This document shows, in pieces, positions 42,102 to 56,114 of a stretch of DNA of 64,000 nucleotides. The translations under genes were made by a program, and so were the position numbers. This stretch comes from Octopus vulgaris. Its lineage: Eukaryota. The stretch's first letter is position 1; each line of letters starts with the position of its first letter. The notes under the pieces are model-generated. The model was not told where the DNA came from and made no database searches. It saw nothing but the letters and a program-made list of their open reading frames with translations. The stretch spans positions 189,224,001 to 189,288,000 of the forward strand of contig OX597814.1 in assembly GCA_951406725.2 (NCBI GenBank), written 5' to 3'.

Positions 42102-44419
42102 ACTGCACGCGCACACATACGTATGTATGCATATGTATGGGGATGGGATAGTGATTGTGCCAAGGTCCGATATAAATTCGATCTATCGAATTACATTCAC
42201 ATCTTTCTATCTGTCATTCAAAAGTAACTTCGCAAGAGTAACCTTATATGGCGATATAACTATTATTGTTTATTTGGCCAATAGCTACATTTTTTAAAAT
42301 TTAAGTTTTCCATCCGGGTATGAATGTTGTTTATACCTTTTGTTTGCTGATTTCAATAATTACCCCTATAAACATGTTGGACGTAGTTAATAAATCATAT
42401 ATGTGAACAGAATCGTCTTCTTACATGTTTCTCTCGTCAGGATAGACGCACAATTCAACACAATTTAGCCTTTCTCCTACTGAGCATAGCTTTTTAGATG
42501 GCAACATCTTGAGAGAACACGTTAAACATTAACAATATTCTTCATTTCAGTGGTTAAGGTGATATAAACTTGATTCTATGATCAAAATTATACCCCTTCC
42601 TTTCGAATGATTTTATTTCTGTCTCTCATATTTTCCTTTATTTCGTAACAGAGTAGCCATATTGTTTCAACCTGAACACTTACTAGATCGAGCATATTAA
42701 GCTTTACAACACCGCTCGATTGCCGCACTATCCGAGCATAAAAATTTAATTAGCTCACGTATAACTCACGGATTCATTAAATACTATTTATCTCTCGCTA
42801 AATTGAGTGCTATGTTTGCTTTTTTTATGAATCCTGTCATCTACTGAGCTTATACCCTTAAAACACAAATTTACGCTGTACATTCATATGAACTTGCATC
42901 ACATACGATTGGCATATGTGTAGTAGAGGCTTCTAAGGATGCGACCAAGGTAACGCAGGAATGGATTGCTCTATCCACAATATACCTACAACGCCTTGAA
43001 AGCCATATCTTAGGATGCTCCTTCAGAAAGTGGAAGACTTTGTGAGATAGGCACGATTGAGGGCCCTATATCTTAATGTTGAGCTAATGTATGCATCTGA
43101 AGAAGTTTCTGTTATCGAACTTTAAAACGCCCTATTACATGATTAGACGCCGTTTGACGCACTTTAGACTTTCCCTACTCGACTAACCATGCTAGGCATA
43201 GATTTTTTTCTAGATGCCAACACCCAGATAAAACATAAACACACAAACACACAAACACATACGCACGCACACTCGTGCATATATATACACGCAAATTCAT
43301 ACATATCTATATGCAATGTGAAACTAAATAAGCTCGTTACGATTCAAAAAGCTTCAGTGTCTGAGTCTAAATGGTGTGTGTGCATTGTAGGTATGTGTGC
43401 TGTGTGCGTACGTCTTGTGAGTGTATGTGTTGCGAGCGGCTGTATATGTATGTGTGTGTGTGAGTGTGTGTGTGTATGCGTGTGTGAGTGTGTGTGTGTG
43501 TGCAAAACATAACTTCTTGAATCGTAAAATTTCCAATAAATCAAACGATTTTAAGAATGGAAGCAGTGGGACATTATCTATGAAATACATCGAATTATTA
43601 TCAATCATATTGATTTGATTTGTTGCGATTAAATGGTTTGATATCGTGTCACGTATTCCACTGTTCACTCTCTCGTGCGCAGGCATGCAAACAAACGCAG
43701 TGTTTTCGTGTCTTCAACAACATCTACAAACAAGGAAGGAAATGATGTTGCTGAAAGCAGAGTATAGACGAATGAATTAATTCTCTTTTTACTTTATGGT
43801 TACCATTACTGGGAAATGAACCATTGTAGCCAGATATTTCAAGATTCCCCCTAAAACTGGGCACCTAAATAACTACAATTTTTTCACCATTTCAGAGGTT
43901 TAGTTAAAAATTGCAAAAGACAAAAAGATGTTCTCTAGTAAAGAAAAGAATCCACCTTCTCGAAACAATAATGTACGAACGGCGTATTGTATATTAGGTG
44001 AATCGATGTTATATTTCTCAATATTAACATCTCTTAAACTAAATATATTTTTATATATTACAATAGTACAGCATATTTTAAGTCCATAACTATATATGAT
44101 GAGAGAATTCTCTATAGTGCTACTGAATAGTCTACAGGAGTTTTATAATGTTTGTACAGTTCTTTTGATAAGGGTTATAGAATCAGTGTTCATCTTGTTG
44201 CAGTCGTGACTCACCTTGATACTATTTCAATTAAACAACTTACTCGATCTATACTGAACCAACGGTCAGTGGTGGGGACATTCTTACAGCTGCAATTCAT
44301 GTTAATAATATTCTTGCTAAACATCTTACTATACCTACATGGGGGCAACGGTCTTCTGGGAGATGCTTATTTATTAGGTTTACGAAAATATTGGTAACAA
44401 TCAGACATAAAAAAATACT

Positions 44420-44770
44420 AAATACAGGTCAGTTGTGCAGCTGTCAATTTTAATCTCTTGCAACCTCTTTAGGTAGCAATTTGGGTGCTGTGCCAAATTC
44501 GCCAATTACCACAGGAACAGTTCTCACTTTGGTCTTACACAATCTTTTCATCTTCTGGCTAGGTTTTGATATTTCTCAAATTTCTCAGTTTCTTTGAAAT
44601 CGATTCTAAAATCATACTGCAAAAGAATATTACCTTGCTTATTATTTTTTTTTTGTCTGTTATAACCATATCTGATCACCTTCCTTCAGTACTATAATCA
44701 ACCTTTATGCAAAACTCAAATAAAATACCGTGACTATTATTCTCCATGACAACCTCTGTTTCTTGTTCAT
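44420..44770 (-). mobile_element. Degenerate RLE-type LINE C-terminal fragment
   Basis: Reverse complement reads approximately DFRIDFKETEKFEKYQNLA...KVRTVPVVIGEFGTAPK. Confidence 0.6.
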
Positions 44771-44772
44771 AC

Positions 44773-45000
44773 CTATTTCTTAACTACCCACAAGGGGCTA
44801 AACACAGAGAGGACAAACAAGGACAAACAGATTAAGTCGATTATATCGACCCCAGTGCGTAACTGGTACTTATTTAATCGACCCCGAAAGGATGAAAGGC
44901 AAAGTTGACCTCGGCGGAATTTGAACTCAGAACGTAACGGCAGACGAAATACGGTTACGCACATCGCCCGGCGTGCTAACGTTCCTGCCAGCTCGACGCC
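44773..45000 (-). mobile_element. SINE, same MetaSINE-like family
   Basis: Matches 58219-58450. Confidence 0.85.
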
Positions 45001-45979
45001 TAGAGCGGCACCGCACTTCAATCCCTTTAAATCTACACATTACGTGAACATCTCAATGTACTCTTTTACCTGCTCTTATTTTCTTTTCTTTTCTTTTTTG
45101 TACTAGGCTACTGCCTTCGTTTAAGAGACACTTAATAGTTTCATCTCCTTTCCCACAGATTCTGCGTTTGCTCCCTGACTGAGTTTCATAAATCTTTGCC
45201 TTTATAAATTTTATTGCAATGGCTTTTCTCTGAGCGATAATAATTATTGATTCTGCTTCTCATTTCATATTTCCCTCGATCAAATTTACCTTTCGTCACT
45301 CCGAGGCCAATACAGTAATCTACAAGTCAAGTACTTGGGTCAATTTTATCAACTAGTACTCCTCCTTAAAATATAAGATTTTTATTAAAAAACAACAAAA
45401 TTAGGAATAGGATTAATCAATTTGATTAATCTTATTTCATCAAAAGTCAAACAAACATAGATTACACAAAAACTGATGTGTGCACACATGTGCAAGTGCG
45501 TGAGGTATTTGATTAACTATGTCCACATTGAACATTTAGACATAAGTGTGTAGGTACTCAAGTATATGCTAATGTGTGTGTGTAACTGTGGATGTATGTC
45601 TATGTACGTATGTGATCATGTATGTACGCATGTATGCACGTATGCAAAGGACAACATTCGTGAATTTAGATAAAAGTACATATACATGATTTTATTTAAA
45701 TACATTGGGAGATGGGCAGACATACAGGCAGGACAACAGACACACAAGAATATATATATATATATATATATGAGAGAGATTTTCTTTAAGTATTAGAAAT
45801 AGCTTTAAAAAAGTTTTTTAGCTGCTATTTCTAATGAGTTCAGTATGCGGCAAAGTAATTTATTTTACTAAGCCCTTTTATATAATGTAATAATTTGAAT
45901 TCGCCTTAAATGGTCCCTTTGCATACTGAACACTTGGTGAAATTGATTAATAATTAATTAATTTTACCCTCAATTGTTG

Positions 45980-46030
<51 letters not shown>

Positions 46031-46031
46031 C

Positions 46032-46069
<38 letters not shown>

Positions 46070-46218
46070 CAACTGTGAGCGAGAGAGAGAAAGAGAACGA
46101 GGAGAGAGAAAGAGAAAATGGGGAGAAAGATAGAGAGAAAGAGAAAGAGGTGTGAGGGGGAGAGACAATTATACAAATAGGTAGACAGACAGACAGACAG
46201 ATAGACAGACAGACAGAC

Positions 46219-46294
<76 letters not shown>

Positions 46295-47062
46295 GTGATC
46301 CGGAGCGAATGCATAAAACGAAAGAATAGATTGTGAAAGGTCGTGGTGAGAGAGATCCACAATAGAACAAAGGGAGAGCGGAGAAAAAAGGAAGATAGAG
46401 AGAGAGAAGGAGAGAGATAGAGTGATTGTGCGTGTGAGAGAGGGCGAGAGAGTGACAAACAGACAGACAAATATCAGACAAATAGATAGGCAGACAGTCA
46501 AAGGAGAGAGAGAGAGAGACAGAGGAGGAGAGAGGGGGAAAAACGCTTTTAGCTTATAGCCGGCTTTGAATCTCGATTCCGGAACGAAAGAGATTCTCTG
46601 AAAAACTGATGTGGACAGCTGCAATTCTGTTCACGGTTGTTCGCTTCAAATGTAGAAAACGGATTTGAACATATATAAGTTTTAAAAATTCATTCCGCAC
46701 CAAACACCAGTTTATCATATGAACGATGTTCCGGTGTGTTTGCGTACGTATGCGTGCATGACTGTAGAGTTTCGGTATAGGTGGGTGGAGAGATGAATGT
46801 TGTTTGCGTGTCTGTCTGTCTCTGTCGATGTGTGATTGTGTCTGCCTGCTTATATATGCGTGAGAGTTTGTGCCTGTGTGTGTGGAGGCGATATACCACT
46901 CGGTATTTGACCGAAAATATGTGTTGTTTTATTTTTTATGTCTATGAATGCGTGCATGTTTGTGAGTATAATATATATGTATACATATGTAAAATGCATG
47001 TGTCTACTCTGTGTGTGTGACGTGAGAGAGAGAATATTTGTTTGTGTGTATATATATATATA

Positions 47063-47131
<69 letters not shown>

Positions 47132-47188
47132 ACACACGTACATACATTTATTTATAAACACTGAAAGAAAGATTGAAAGAAAGCGATT

Positions 47189-47251
<63 letters not shown>

Positions 47252-47689
47252 ACAGAAGGACAGACTGATAGATAGACTGATAGACTGATAGATAGACTGA
47301 TAGACTGATTGATAGACTGATAGATAGACTGACAGACAGACACACAGATAGACAGACAGACAGACACACAGATAGACAGACAGACAGACTCACAGATAAA
47401 TAGAGTGAGTGAGTGATTGCGTGAGTGTGTGAGTGAGCAATAGAGAGAGAGAAAGAGAGCGCGGAACCGGACAGATAAGTAGATATAAGCTCGTACACAA
47501 GCATACACATACACATATATATATATATGGATGCTTGTACGTGTGCCAGTAAACGCGTCTAAGAACATTTGCGCAAATTTCCAGAAGCGTATAAAAGTAG
47601 TTGTACACAGTATCTGTACGTATTTGTATGCAAATTAATGTTTGTGTGTTTATTTAGATCCATGTGTTTGCATGTGTGTATGAGTCTAG

Positions 47690-47739
<50 letters not shown>

Positions 47740-48167
47740 CAAAAGGATGTGTTATAATACTATTCCACATATACAATAACAGTCATACCAACAATCCAAC
47801 ATAACTCCATCATCAGCTGCCCCACGGATATCATTATGGTTTTGACACCTAAGCAATACCAACACTAAAATAAATGTTCGTTTGGGAACAAACAGACCAA
47901 AGAAGCAACAACATTCAAACACATTTACCCTATGCACAGCCGTATCTATGAATAAATCCAATCAGTACATTACAACCAATTCTTAAATAGGTAACAGCGA
48001 CCAATCCTTTAAGTCATACAAAAATTATAATCCCTACCGTCTTCCATAGTATAATATAACAGTGAAAGCTTTATAACCAAATTTATTCAATCAATCAATT
48101 TATAGACAGGATTAAACACTAACTTTAATAAAACTACAACACAGAAACACGTAACCATAAACCAATG

Positions 48168-48205
<38 letters not shown>

Positions 48206-48369
48206 CATAAAATAGAAAATGGGACAAGAACGCAAAACATCCGGACAACTAGGTGATACAAAAAGGGACAACAAAACATCCAGACAGACGATACAAAGAA
48301 ACAAGGACGGGTCGTTCGAAGCCTCTTATCTTCAGTCAAGAACTGGATCATCTTCGCAATTTCGGCTGA

Positions 48370-48770
<401 letters not shown>

Positions 48771-48877
48771 AACCAGGGTACTGACCGGCCGACGTTCCCG
48801 AACATACACATATATCTGGGCACACTTGCAAAAGAGCATATTCACAGACATTGAATACAAAAATACTAGCACACACT

Positions 48878-48918
<41 letters not shown>

Positions 48919-49000
48919 ATAGACAGTCGCAATACCTATACGCATATTCGCTGTATTTTTTACGCTGTCAGTATATCTATTTCTGTTTTTCTCTCGCCCC

Positions 49001-49032
<32 letters not shown>

Positions 49033-49316
49033 TCTATCTCACACACACAATCATCTGTGCATTGGTAGACGCATATACTCACATACATATTCAGAAATGC
49101 AGACATACTCACACACACACACATACTTCTACACAGATGGTCGTGTTATTATTCCCTTATTTACATTATTCAGTCCATAAGCCCTAACTAGCATTACCAT
49201 TCCACGCAATCTCACATCCCCTCAACCAACAAAGGCGGCTTCGACATGCTCGCTAAATGTACCACTTCCATTTACCTTTAACAACACATCGTAGATTTAT
49301 CGGTCGTCCAGTTGTG

Positions 49317-49560
49317 GGAGGCGCATGGCTTAGTGGTTAAGGTGTTGAACTCATGATCGTAAGGTTGTGGTTTCGATTCCTGGATCGGGCGATGCGTTGT
49401 GTTCTTGAGCAAAACACTTCATTTTCACGTTGCTCCAGTCCACTAAGCAGGCAAAAATGAGTAATCCTGCGACGGACCGGCGTCCCGTTCAGGTGGGGAA
49501 TTTCTACGCCACTGAAGCCGGCCCTTATAAGCCTGGCATGGCTCGAGAAGAAGGAAGGAA
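49317..49560 (+). mobile_element. tRNA-derived SINE (OR-like, head B)
   Basis: GGAGGCGCATGGCTTAGTGGTTAAGG...GTTTCGATTCC. Confidence 0.8.
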
Positions 49561-50533
49561 TACCTCTACATGGTCCTCTGCTACTTTAAGCAGAGTCCAT
49601 TCTGTTGAAAGTATTCGGTCCGGCTTCCTTGAAGTTCTTCACTTCTTTTCCTCAGTCGGAGAAGCCAGGAAAAAGGTCACAGACACTATTCTTCTACATT
49701 AATTGCTTTGTTCCTCCTCTGACTTTACCTTTCATTCTTTCGGAGTCAATAAAATAAGTACCAGTTGAGTATTGGGATCAACGTATTGGACTTACCCACT
49801 CCCTTGAAATTGCTGGCCTTGTGCCAAAATTTGTAAATAATCACGGTAGAGGGCTTGAAATTTGATAGAGTCTGGGTTAGTAAACAACATCGACAGTATT
49901 ACTTGGCAGGCACTTTATTTTATCGATTCCGGAAAGATGAAAGGCAAAGCTGACCTCGGCAGAGATTGAAGTGGAAACATAAAGAACCAGAAAATATACC
50001 GAAGGCATACATTGGATAATGTAGCACGTGTAGCAAGGGATGGTCATGTCTGGAAAGCTTTTGATCATAGGTTTGCAAGATTACGGCTGAGCTTGAGGCT
50101 AAGCAACTAAATTCATTCCCATTTTCATATTTATATTATATTATTGATCACTTCTTTCATCTTATATTTCAATACGATTGACTGTCACTCCTTTTCTTCT
50201 CTCTCGCTCTCTCTCCCTCGATCTGTCTATCTGTCTACCTATCTTTCTATCTATCCGACTGTCTGCTTCTCAAATAGTTCGTCTTTAACTCCAACCACAT
50301 TTAGATCCTTTTAGTGTACTCTCTCGCAGACAACATATCCACATACGTATACATCAAAGTACACACGCATATACCTAAACACACACACACACACACATAC
50401 ACACACACAAACACACACATATATATATATATATATACAGAAAGAGAAAGAGAGAGAGAAGGAGAGAAGGATGGATAGATAGATAGATGTGTTTGTGTAT
50501 ACATATATATACATATATATATGTATGTATATA

Positions 50534-50587
<54 letters not shown>

Positions 50588-51045
50588 CGTGTGTAGATAT
50601 ATCTGAAGATACGCACACACATGCAAAAACATACACGACGTGCTCATACACACACACACACGCACACATATACACACACACGCACTCATACAAATACAAA
50701 ACCACACACGTGCACACATATTTTTCCTCTTGCTTTGTATGTCACTCCTCCGTTCTCTCTCTCCGTCTGTCTGTGTGTCTTTCTCCCAAGTATGGATAGA
50801 TAGACAAATAGAGAGAGAGAGAGAGTGAAAGAGAGAGAAAAGAAGCAGACAATACCAATATGTCGCACGTTCCTCCCTCACACCACCACTCTCGCTTTCT
50901 CTAGCCACATCTCTTGTTCTTCAATTTTTGTGTCATCTTTTTTCTTTGATCTTATTTCTTCTGTCATTCACGTTTCATTCTCGGTGCCTTACTCTCCATG
51001 TGTCACTATTTCCTTTCCCCCATAGTCTTGTATTTCTCCTCTCAT

Positions 51046-51081
<36 letters not shown>

Positions 51082-51419
51082 TTTGTTCCTCTCTTTCACC
51101 CACTCTTTGACACCCATCATCCCTTCTATTAAACAATTTATCAAGGCGCATTACACCGCCACGTACCAGACTTCAACGTTGCGACGCGAATACGTTTGCG
51201 CTTGCAAATTCACGTGTCAAAATCGAAGCAGGTGTAAATACAAGTACTTTTGTAGTTTTATTTACATGCTATATATAACCACATTCCTTACCGTAAACAC
51301 AAGCGCACACACTCACACACATATACGCACACATAAATGACACATGTACACGTATTTATATATGCATATATATATATACACACGATCACCTGTCCATATC
51401 TATATTTATCTATATATAT

Positions 51420-51536
51420 ATTTCTTTACTACCCACAAGGGGCTAAACACAGAGGGGACAAACAGATTAAGTCAATTACATCGACCCCAGTGCGTAACTG
51501 GTACTTAATTTATCGACCCCGAAACGATGAAAGGCA
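51420..51536 (-). mobile_element. 5'-truncated MetaSINE-like copy
   Basis: TTTCTTTACTACCCACAAGGGGCTAAACAC...GATGAAAGGCA. Confidence 0.75.
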
Positions 51537-52257
51537 TATATATATATATATATTCTTAAGGTGGCTAGCCGCAATTTAAAAACCAAAGGCATAAGTACAA
51601 ATGTCACTAAAGTGTCGAAGGGTGAAAATCAGCACCACCAATGCTAGAGATACCAGTTAAAATAACCCTTAGCCACGTGCAGGCACTTACCTATTGACTG
51701 AAAAGAGAGAGCCAACCTCCCTATAGCAAGCGAGATACATACATTCATGAATGCATACATACATACATAAATGAATGCATACATACATACATACAAACAT
51801 GCATACATACATAGTGACCAGCTTGAATTCTTCAAAGCGTAAAACTTAAATCCCAAAGAATTATATACATGCATATATACACCCATACAAACGCAGGTAT
51901 TTGTAGAAGCACGTCAGAGCTGGTAGTACTGATAAATATATTTAAAAGCTTAACCTGTAGTGAACATACATATTGATCGTGCGTGTGTACCTGCGTTTTT
52001 CTGAACACACACACGCATATATATATGTATGTATATATATATATATATATAGCAATAATAATTCTCTAAAAGGGATATAGACAGTAACTGCTCGATAACA
52101 TAAGGGACTAAAGCCATCTGAATATGGCTAGGGACAGGGCAGGGTGTTACTGTTGCATTTAGCCCCAGGCGAACATCGACGTCACCAGAAAGGCTCGACA
52201 CCGTCACGGTGCCCTTAACCTGCAAAGGGAGGTAATTCCCCGATGAAGCGGAAACCA

Positions 52258-52303
52258 CACACGGACCATGGTTTCAAGGTGTATTGCCTATCATCGGCGT
52301 GTG
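52258..52303 (-). ncRNA. Minimal type I hammerhead ribozyme in the inverted arm
   Basis: Exact reverse complement of 52925-52970. Confidence 0.8.
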
Positions 52304-52924
52304 GTAGGCCTCCGCTTCCTCGACAAATTCTCTCTGCAGGATTTTCCTATATAGATTTTCAAGCAAAATACATTTGCTGATTTCGAAAATCTGTTCGAAA
52401 GCAATAATAATTCTCTAAAAGGGATATAGACAGTAACTGCTCGATAACATAAGGGACTAAAGCCATCTGAATATGGCTAGGGACAGGGCAGGGTGGTGGG
52501 GGTGTTACTGTTGCATTTAGCCCCAGGCGAACATCGACGTCACCAGAAAGGCTCGACACCGTCACGGTGCCCTTAACCTGCAAAGGGAGGTAATTCCCCG
52601 ATGAAGCGGAAACCACACACTTCATCGGGGAATTACCTCCCTTTGCAGGTTAAGGGCACCGTGACGGTGTCGAGCCTTTCTGGTGACGTCGATGTTCGCC
52701 TGGGGCTAAATGCAACAGTAACACCCCCACCACCCTGCCCTGTCCCTAGCCATATTCAGATGGCTTTAGTCCCTTATGTTATCGAGCAGTTACTGTCTAT
52801 ATCCCTTTTAGAGAATTATTATTGCTTTCGAACAGATTTTCGAAATCAGCAAATGTATTTTGCTTGAAAATCTATATAAGAAAATCCTGCAGAGAGAGAA
52901 TCCGTCGAGGAAGCGGAGGCCTAC

Positions 52925-52970
52925 CACACGCCGATGATAGGCAATACACCTTGAAACCATGGTCCGTGTG
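52925..52970 (+). ncRNA. Minimal type I hammerhead ribozyme (variant core), copy 1; predicted cleavage after C52964
   Basis: CACACG-CCGATGA-tAGG caataca CCTt-GAAA-CCATGG-TC-CGTGTG. Stem I is CACACG/CGTGTG, extendable via GAAGCGGA/TCCGCTTC. Stem III is the palindrome ACCATGGT and the triplet is GUC. Confidence 0.8.
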
Positions 52971-53284
52971 TGGTTTCCGCTTCATCGGGGAATTACCTCC
53001 CTTTGCAGGTTAAGGGCACCGTGACGGTGTCGAGCCTTTCTGGTGACGTCGATGTTCGCCTGGGGCTAAATGCAACAGTAACACCCCCACCACCCTGCCC
53101 TGTCCCTAGCCATATTCAGATGGCTTTAGTCCCTTATGTTATCGAGCAGTTACTGTCTATATCCCTTTTAGAGAATTATTATTGCTTTCGAACAGATTTT
53201 CGAAATCAGCAAATGTATTTTGCTTGAAAATCTATATAAGAAAATCCTGCAGAGAGAGAATTCGTCGAGGAAGCGGAGGCCTAC

Positions 53285-53330
53285 CACACGCCGATGATAG
53301 GCAATACACCTTGAAACCATGGTCCGTGTG
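53285..53330 (+). ncRNA. Minimal type I hammerhead ribozyme, copy 2; predicted cleavage after 53324
   Basis: Identical to 52925-52970. Confidence 0.8.
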
Positions 53331-53644
53331 TGGTTTCCGCTTCATCGGGGAATTACCTCCCTTTGCAGGTTAAGGGCACCGTGACGGTGTCGAGCCTTTC
53401 TGGTGACGTCGATGTTCGCCTGGGGCTAAATGCAACAGTAACACACCCACCACCCTGCCCTGTCCCTAGCCATATTCAGATGGCTTTAGTCCCTTATGTT
53501 ATCGAGCAGTTACTGTCTATATCCCTTTTAGAGAATTATTATTGCTTTCGAACAGATTTTCGAAATCAGCAAATGTATTTTGCTTGAAAATCTATATAAG
53601 AAAATCCTGCAGAGAGAGAATTCGTCGAGGAAGCGGAGGCCTAC

Positions 53645-53690
53645 CACACGCCGATGATAGGCAATACACCTTGAAACCATGGTCCGTGTG
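53645..53690 (+). ncRNA. Minimal type I hammerhead ribozyme, copy 3; predicted cleavage after 53684
   Basis: Identical to 52925-52970. Confidence 0.8.
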
Positions 53691-53858
53691 TGGTTTCCGC
53701 TTCATCGGGGAATTACCTCCCTTTGCAGGTTAAGGGCACCGTGACGGTGTCGAGCCTTTCTGGTGACGTCGATGTTCGCCTGGGGCTAAATGCAACAGTA
53801 ACACCCCCACCACCCTGCCCTGTCCCTAGCCATATTCAGATGGCTTTAGTCCCTTATG

Positions 53859-53904
<46 letters not shown>

Positions 53905-53978
53905 GCATACATACATGTGTGTGTATATATATACACACACATATATATATGCATACATACACATATATACATATATAC

Positions 53979-54019
<41 letters not shown>

Positions 54020-54194
54020 GACACAATTTCATTATTTAAATAGAACCTTTAGAACGTGTGAAATGTGTGACTATACATACATATATGCATGCGTGTGTGC
54101 TTCTGTGTGCGTGTGTGTATGTGTGTGTCTGTGTTTATGCTTAAAAGGAACTATTAATTAAATTTTTGAATATGTAAACATACCCACACACCCA

Positions 54195-54631
54195 TATCCA
54201 TCCATCCATCCATCCATCCATCCATCCATCCATCCATCCATCCATCCATCCATCCATCCATCCATCCATCCATCCATCCATCCATCCATCCATCCATCCA
54301 TCCATCCATCCATCCATCCATCCATCCATCCATCCATCCATCCATCCATCCATCCATCCATCCATCCATCCATCCATCCATCCATCCATCCATCCATCCA
54401 TCCATCCATCCATCCATCCATCCATCCATCCATCCATCCATCCATCCATCCATCCATCCATCCATCCATCCATCCATCCATCCATCCATCCATCCATCCA
54501 TCCATCCATCCATCCATCCATCCATCCATCCATCCATCCATCCATCCATCCATCCATCCATCCATCCATCCATCCATCCATCCATCCATCCATCCATCCA
54601 TCCATCCATCCATCCATCCATCCATCCATCC

Positions 54632-54708
<77 letters not shown>

Positions 54709-54716
54709 ATCTATCT
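54195..54716. repeat. Compound (ATCC)n (~435 bp) + (ATCT)n microsatellite
   Basis: Directly visible. Confidence 0.95.
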
Positions 54717-56056
54717 TACATTACATCATTGTGTTCTGGCATGTTTAGCAGGTTACAAGAATGACGGATACGCAGAATCTACTAAATAAACCTGAGTAAC
54801 TTACTGGTACGTATTCGTATTTTATCGACCCTGGAAGAATGAAAGGGAGCACCAACTCCTGTGGAATTTGAACTAACCATATAGAAATACATCCCACAAA
54901 TTATCTTGGCCGGCAGTTGTATATTATATATAGCTAATAAATTTCAATTTAAATGGGTATTCAGGGGTTTATATTGAACCCAATTATTTTAGGGGTCATG
55001 TATTTTGTTGACTAGGAATCTATGAAAGTCTGAGACGACTTCTACACGATTCGAACTCAGAATTTAAAAGAACAAAATATAGTACCACGAGCTATGCTAA
55101 AATGGTCTATATTAAAGAAATATTGAAGAGAAGGAAAAAAATTAAAAGATTACAGATATTTATGTACTAAGAACGATTGGTTTCGAGGGACCTTAATTAT
55201 GCAAAATAGTGTATAATTCCTAATAGCGACTATAAGTTATATACCAGTAGCTGATGTACTCCTCTGCTTGACCTTTTTTTGGAGTTTGACCTAAGATCAA
55301 AATTTTAGCTCGTGACCTCATTTTTTTCTGCTCAAATATTATACAAAAGAACTGCTATTTCTCCGCCAGCTTTACGTATATATCTGCACGCTTACACACA
55401 TGCGCATAACTATACGCAAATATTTATATACGTAGAAGTCTGCATGTGAGTGCATGTCTATGCCTCTGTATACCTGTGCGCCGCGTGTTTGTATGTGTGT
55501 TTGCTCGCATTTTGAAATACATGCGTATGTTCAAATATTTACGTATATACTGACATTTATACACACAAACGTGGCCGTATCGTAAAATAATGACGATTTT
55601 ATGTTATCCAAGAAAATAGAGGAAACTGCACAATCAGTTTTATTTTGTTGTGTTGTGGTTTTTAAGATACAATTATGGTAATAAATAAATATAATAGAAT
55701 AATAAATATTTGCTCAGTAAGTTATTGATTTCTTCCATTGGCTCAAGGTACCATAAATTTATTTGTTTCTATCTATCTATCTATATATTTATCTCACTCA
55801 CTCACTCTCTCTCTCTCTCTAGTTTATTTTGTCCTTTTTGTCTTCTCTCCTGGTGCTGTATGAACATTTAATGTGGTTTTAGAGTCAAGTTTTGGCTGCT
55901 ATTTCCAGCGTAGATGTATCTCTTATATACCCTACATTATAATTTTAATAATAATTATTACCTTTGAAGGTTTTTTATTCCCATACTGGCCACTTGATAA
56001 GATCGATATTTAAATTAACGATCTTATCCTTGTTTATATACATACATACATATATG

Positions 56057-56114
<58 letters not shown>

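Larger units (their letters stand above)
52051..53862. mobile_element. Hammerhead-bearing 360-bp tandem array (putative non-LTR retrozyme or Penelope pLTR array): ~1.6 units on - (52051-52620) head-to-head with ~3.4 units on + (52621-53862), flanked by (TA)n
   Basis: Near-identical units start at 52621, 52981, 53341 and 53701 (period 360). The left arm is the reverse complement with period 349 (9-nt and 2-nt deletions). There is one hammerhead per complete unit and TA tracts on both sides. Confidence 0.85.

Noticed and set aside
52236-52280. Apparent second, opposite-polarity hammerhead (CCGATGAagcgGAAACC)
   Set aside because: There is no stem II and no stem I pairing; it arises from the unit's self-complementarity.
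52051-53862. CRISPR-like array
   Set aside because: The units are contiguous identical 360-mers with no unique spacers, in eukaryotic DNA.
52601-54043. Repeated 85-aa and 63-aa ORFs in the 360-bp unit, and a possible endless ORF on a 360-nt circle
   Set aside because: Most have non-ATG starts and none shows a recognisable domain. All three + frames contain stops within the unit, so there is no rolling ORF on that strand.
54141-54633. (MDGW)n ORFs
   Set aside because: (GGAT)n microsatellite.
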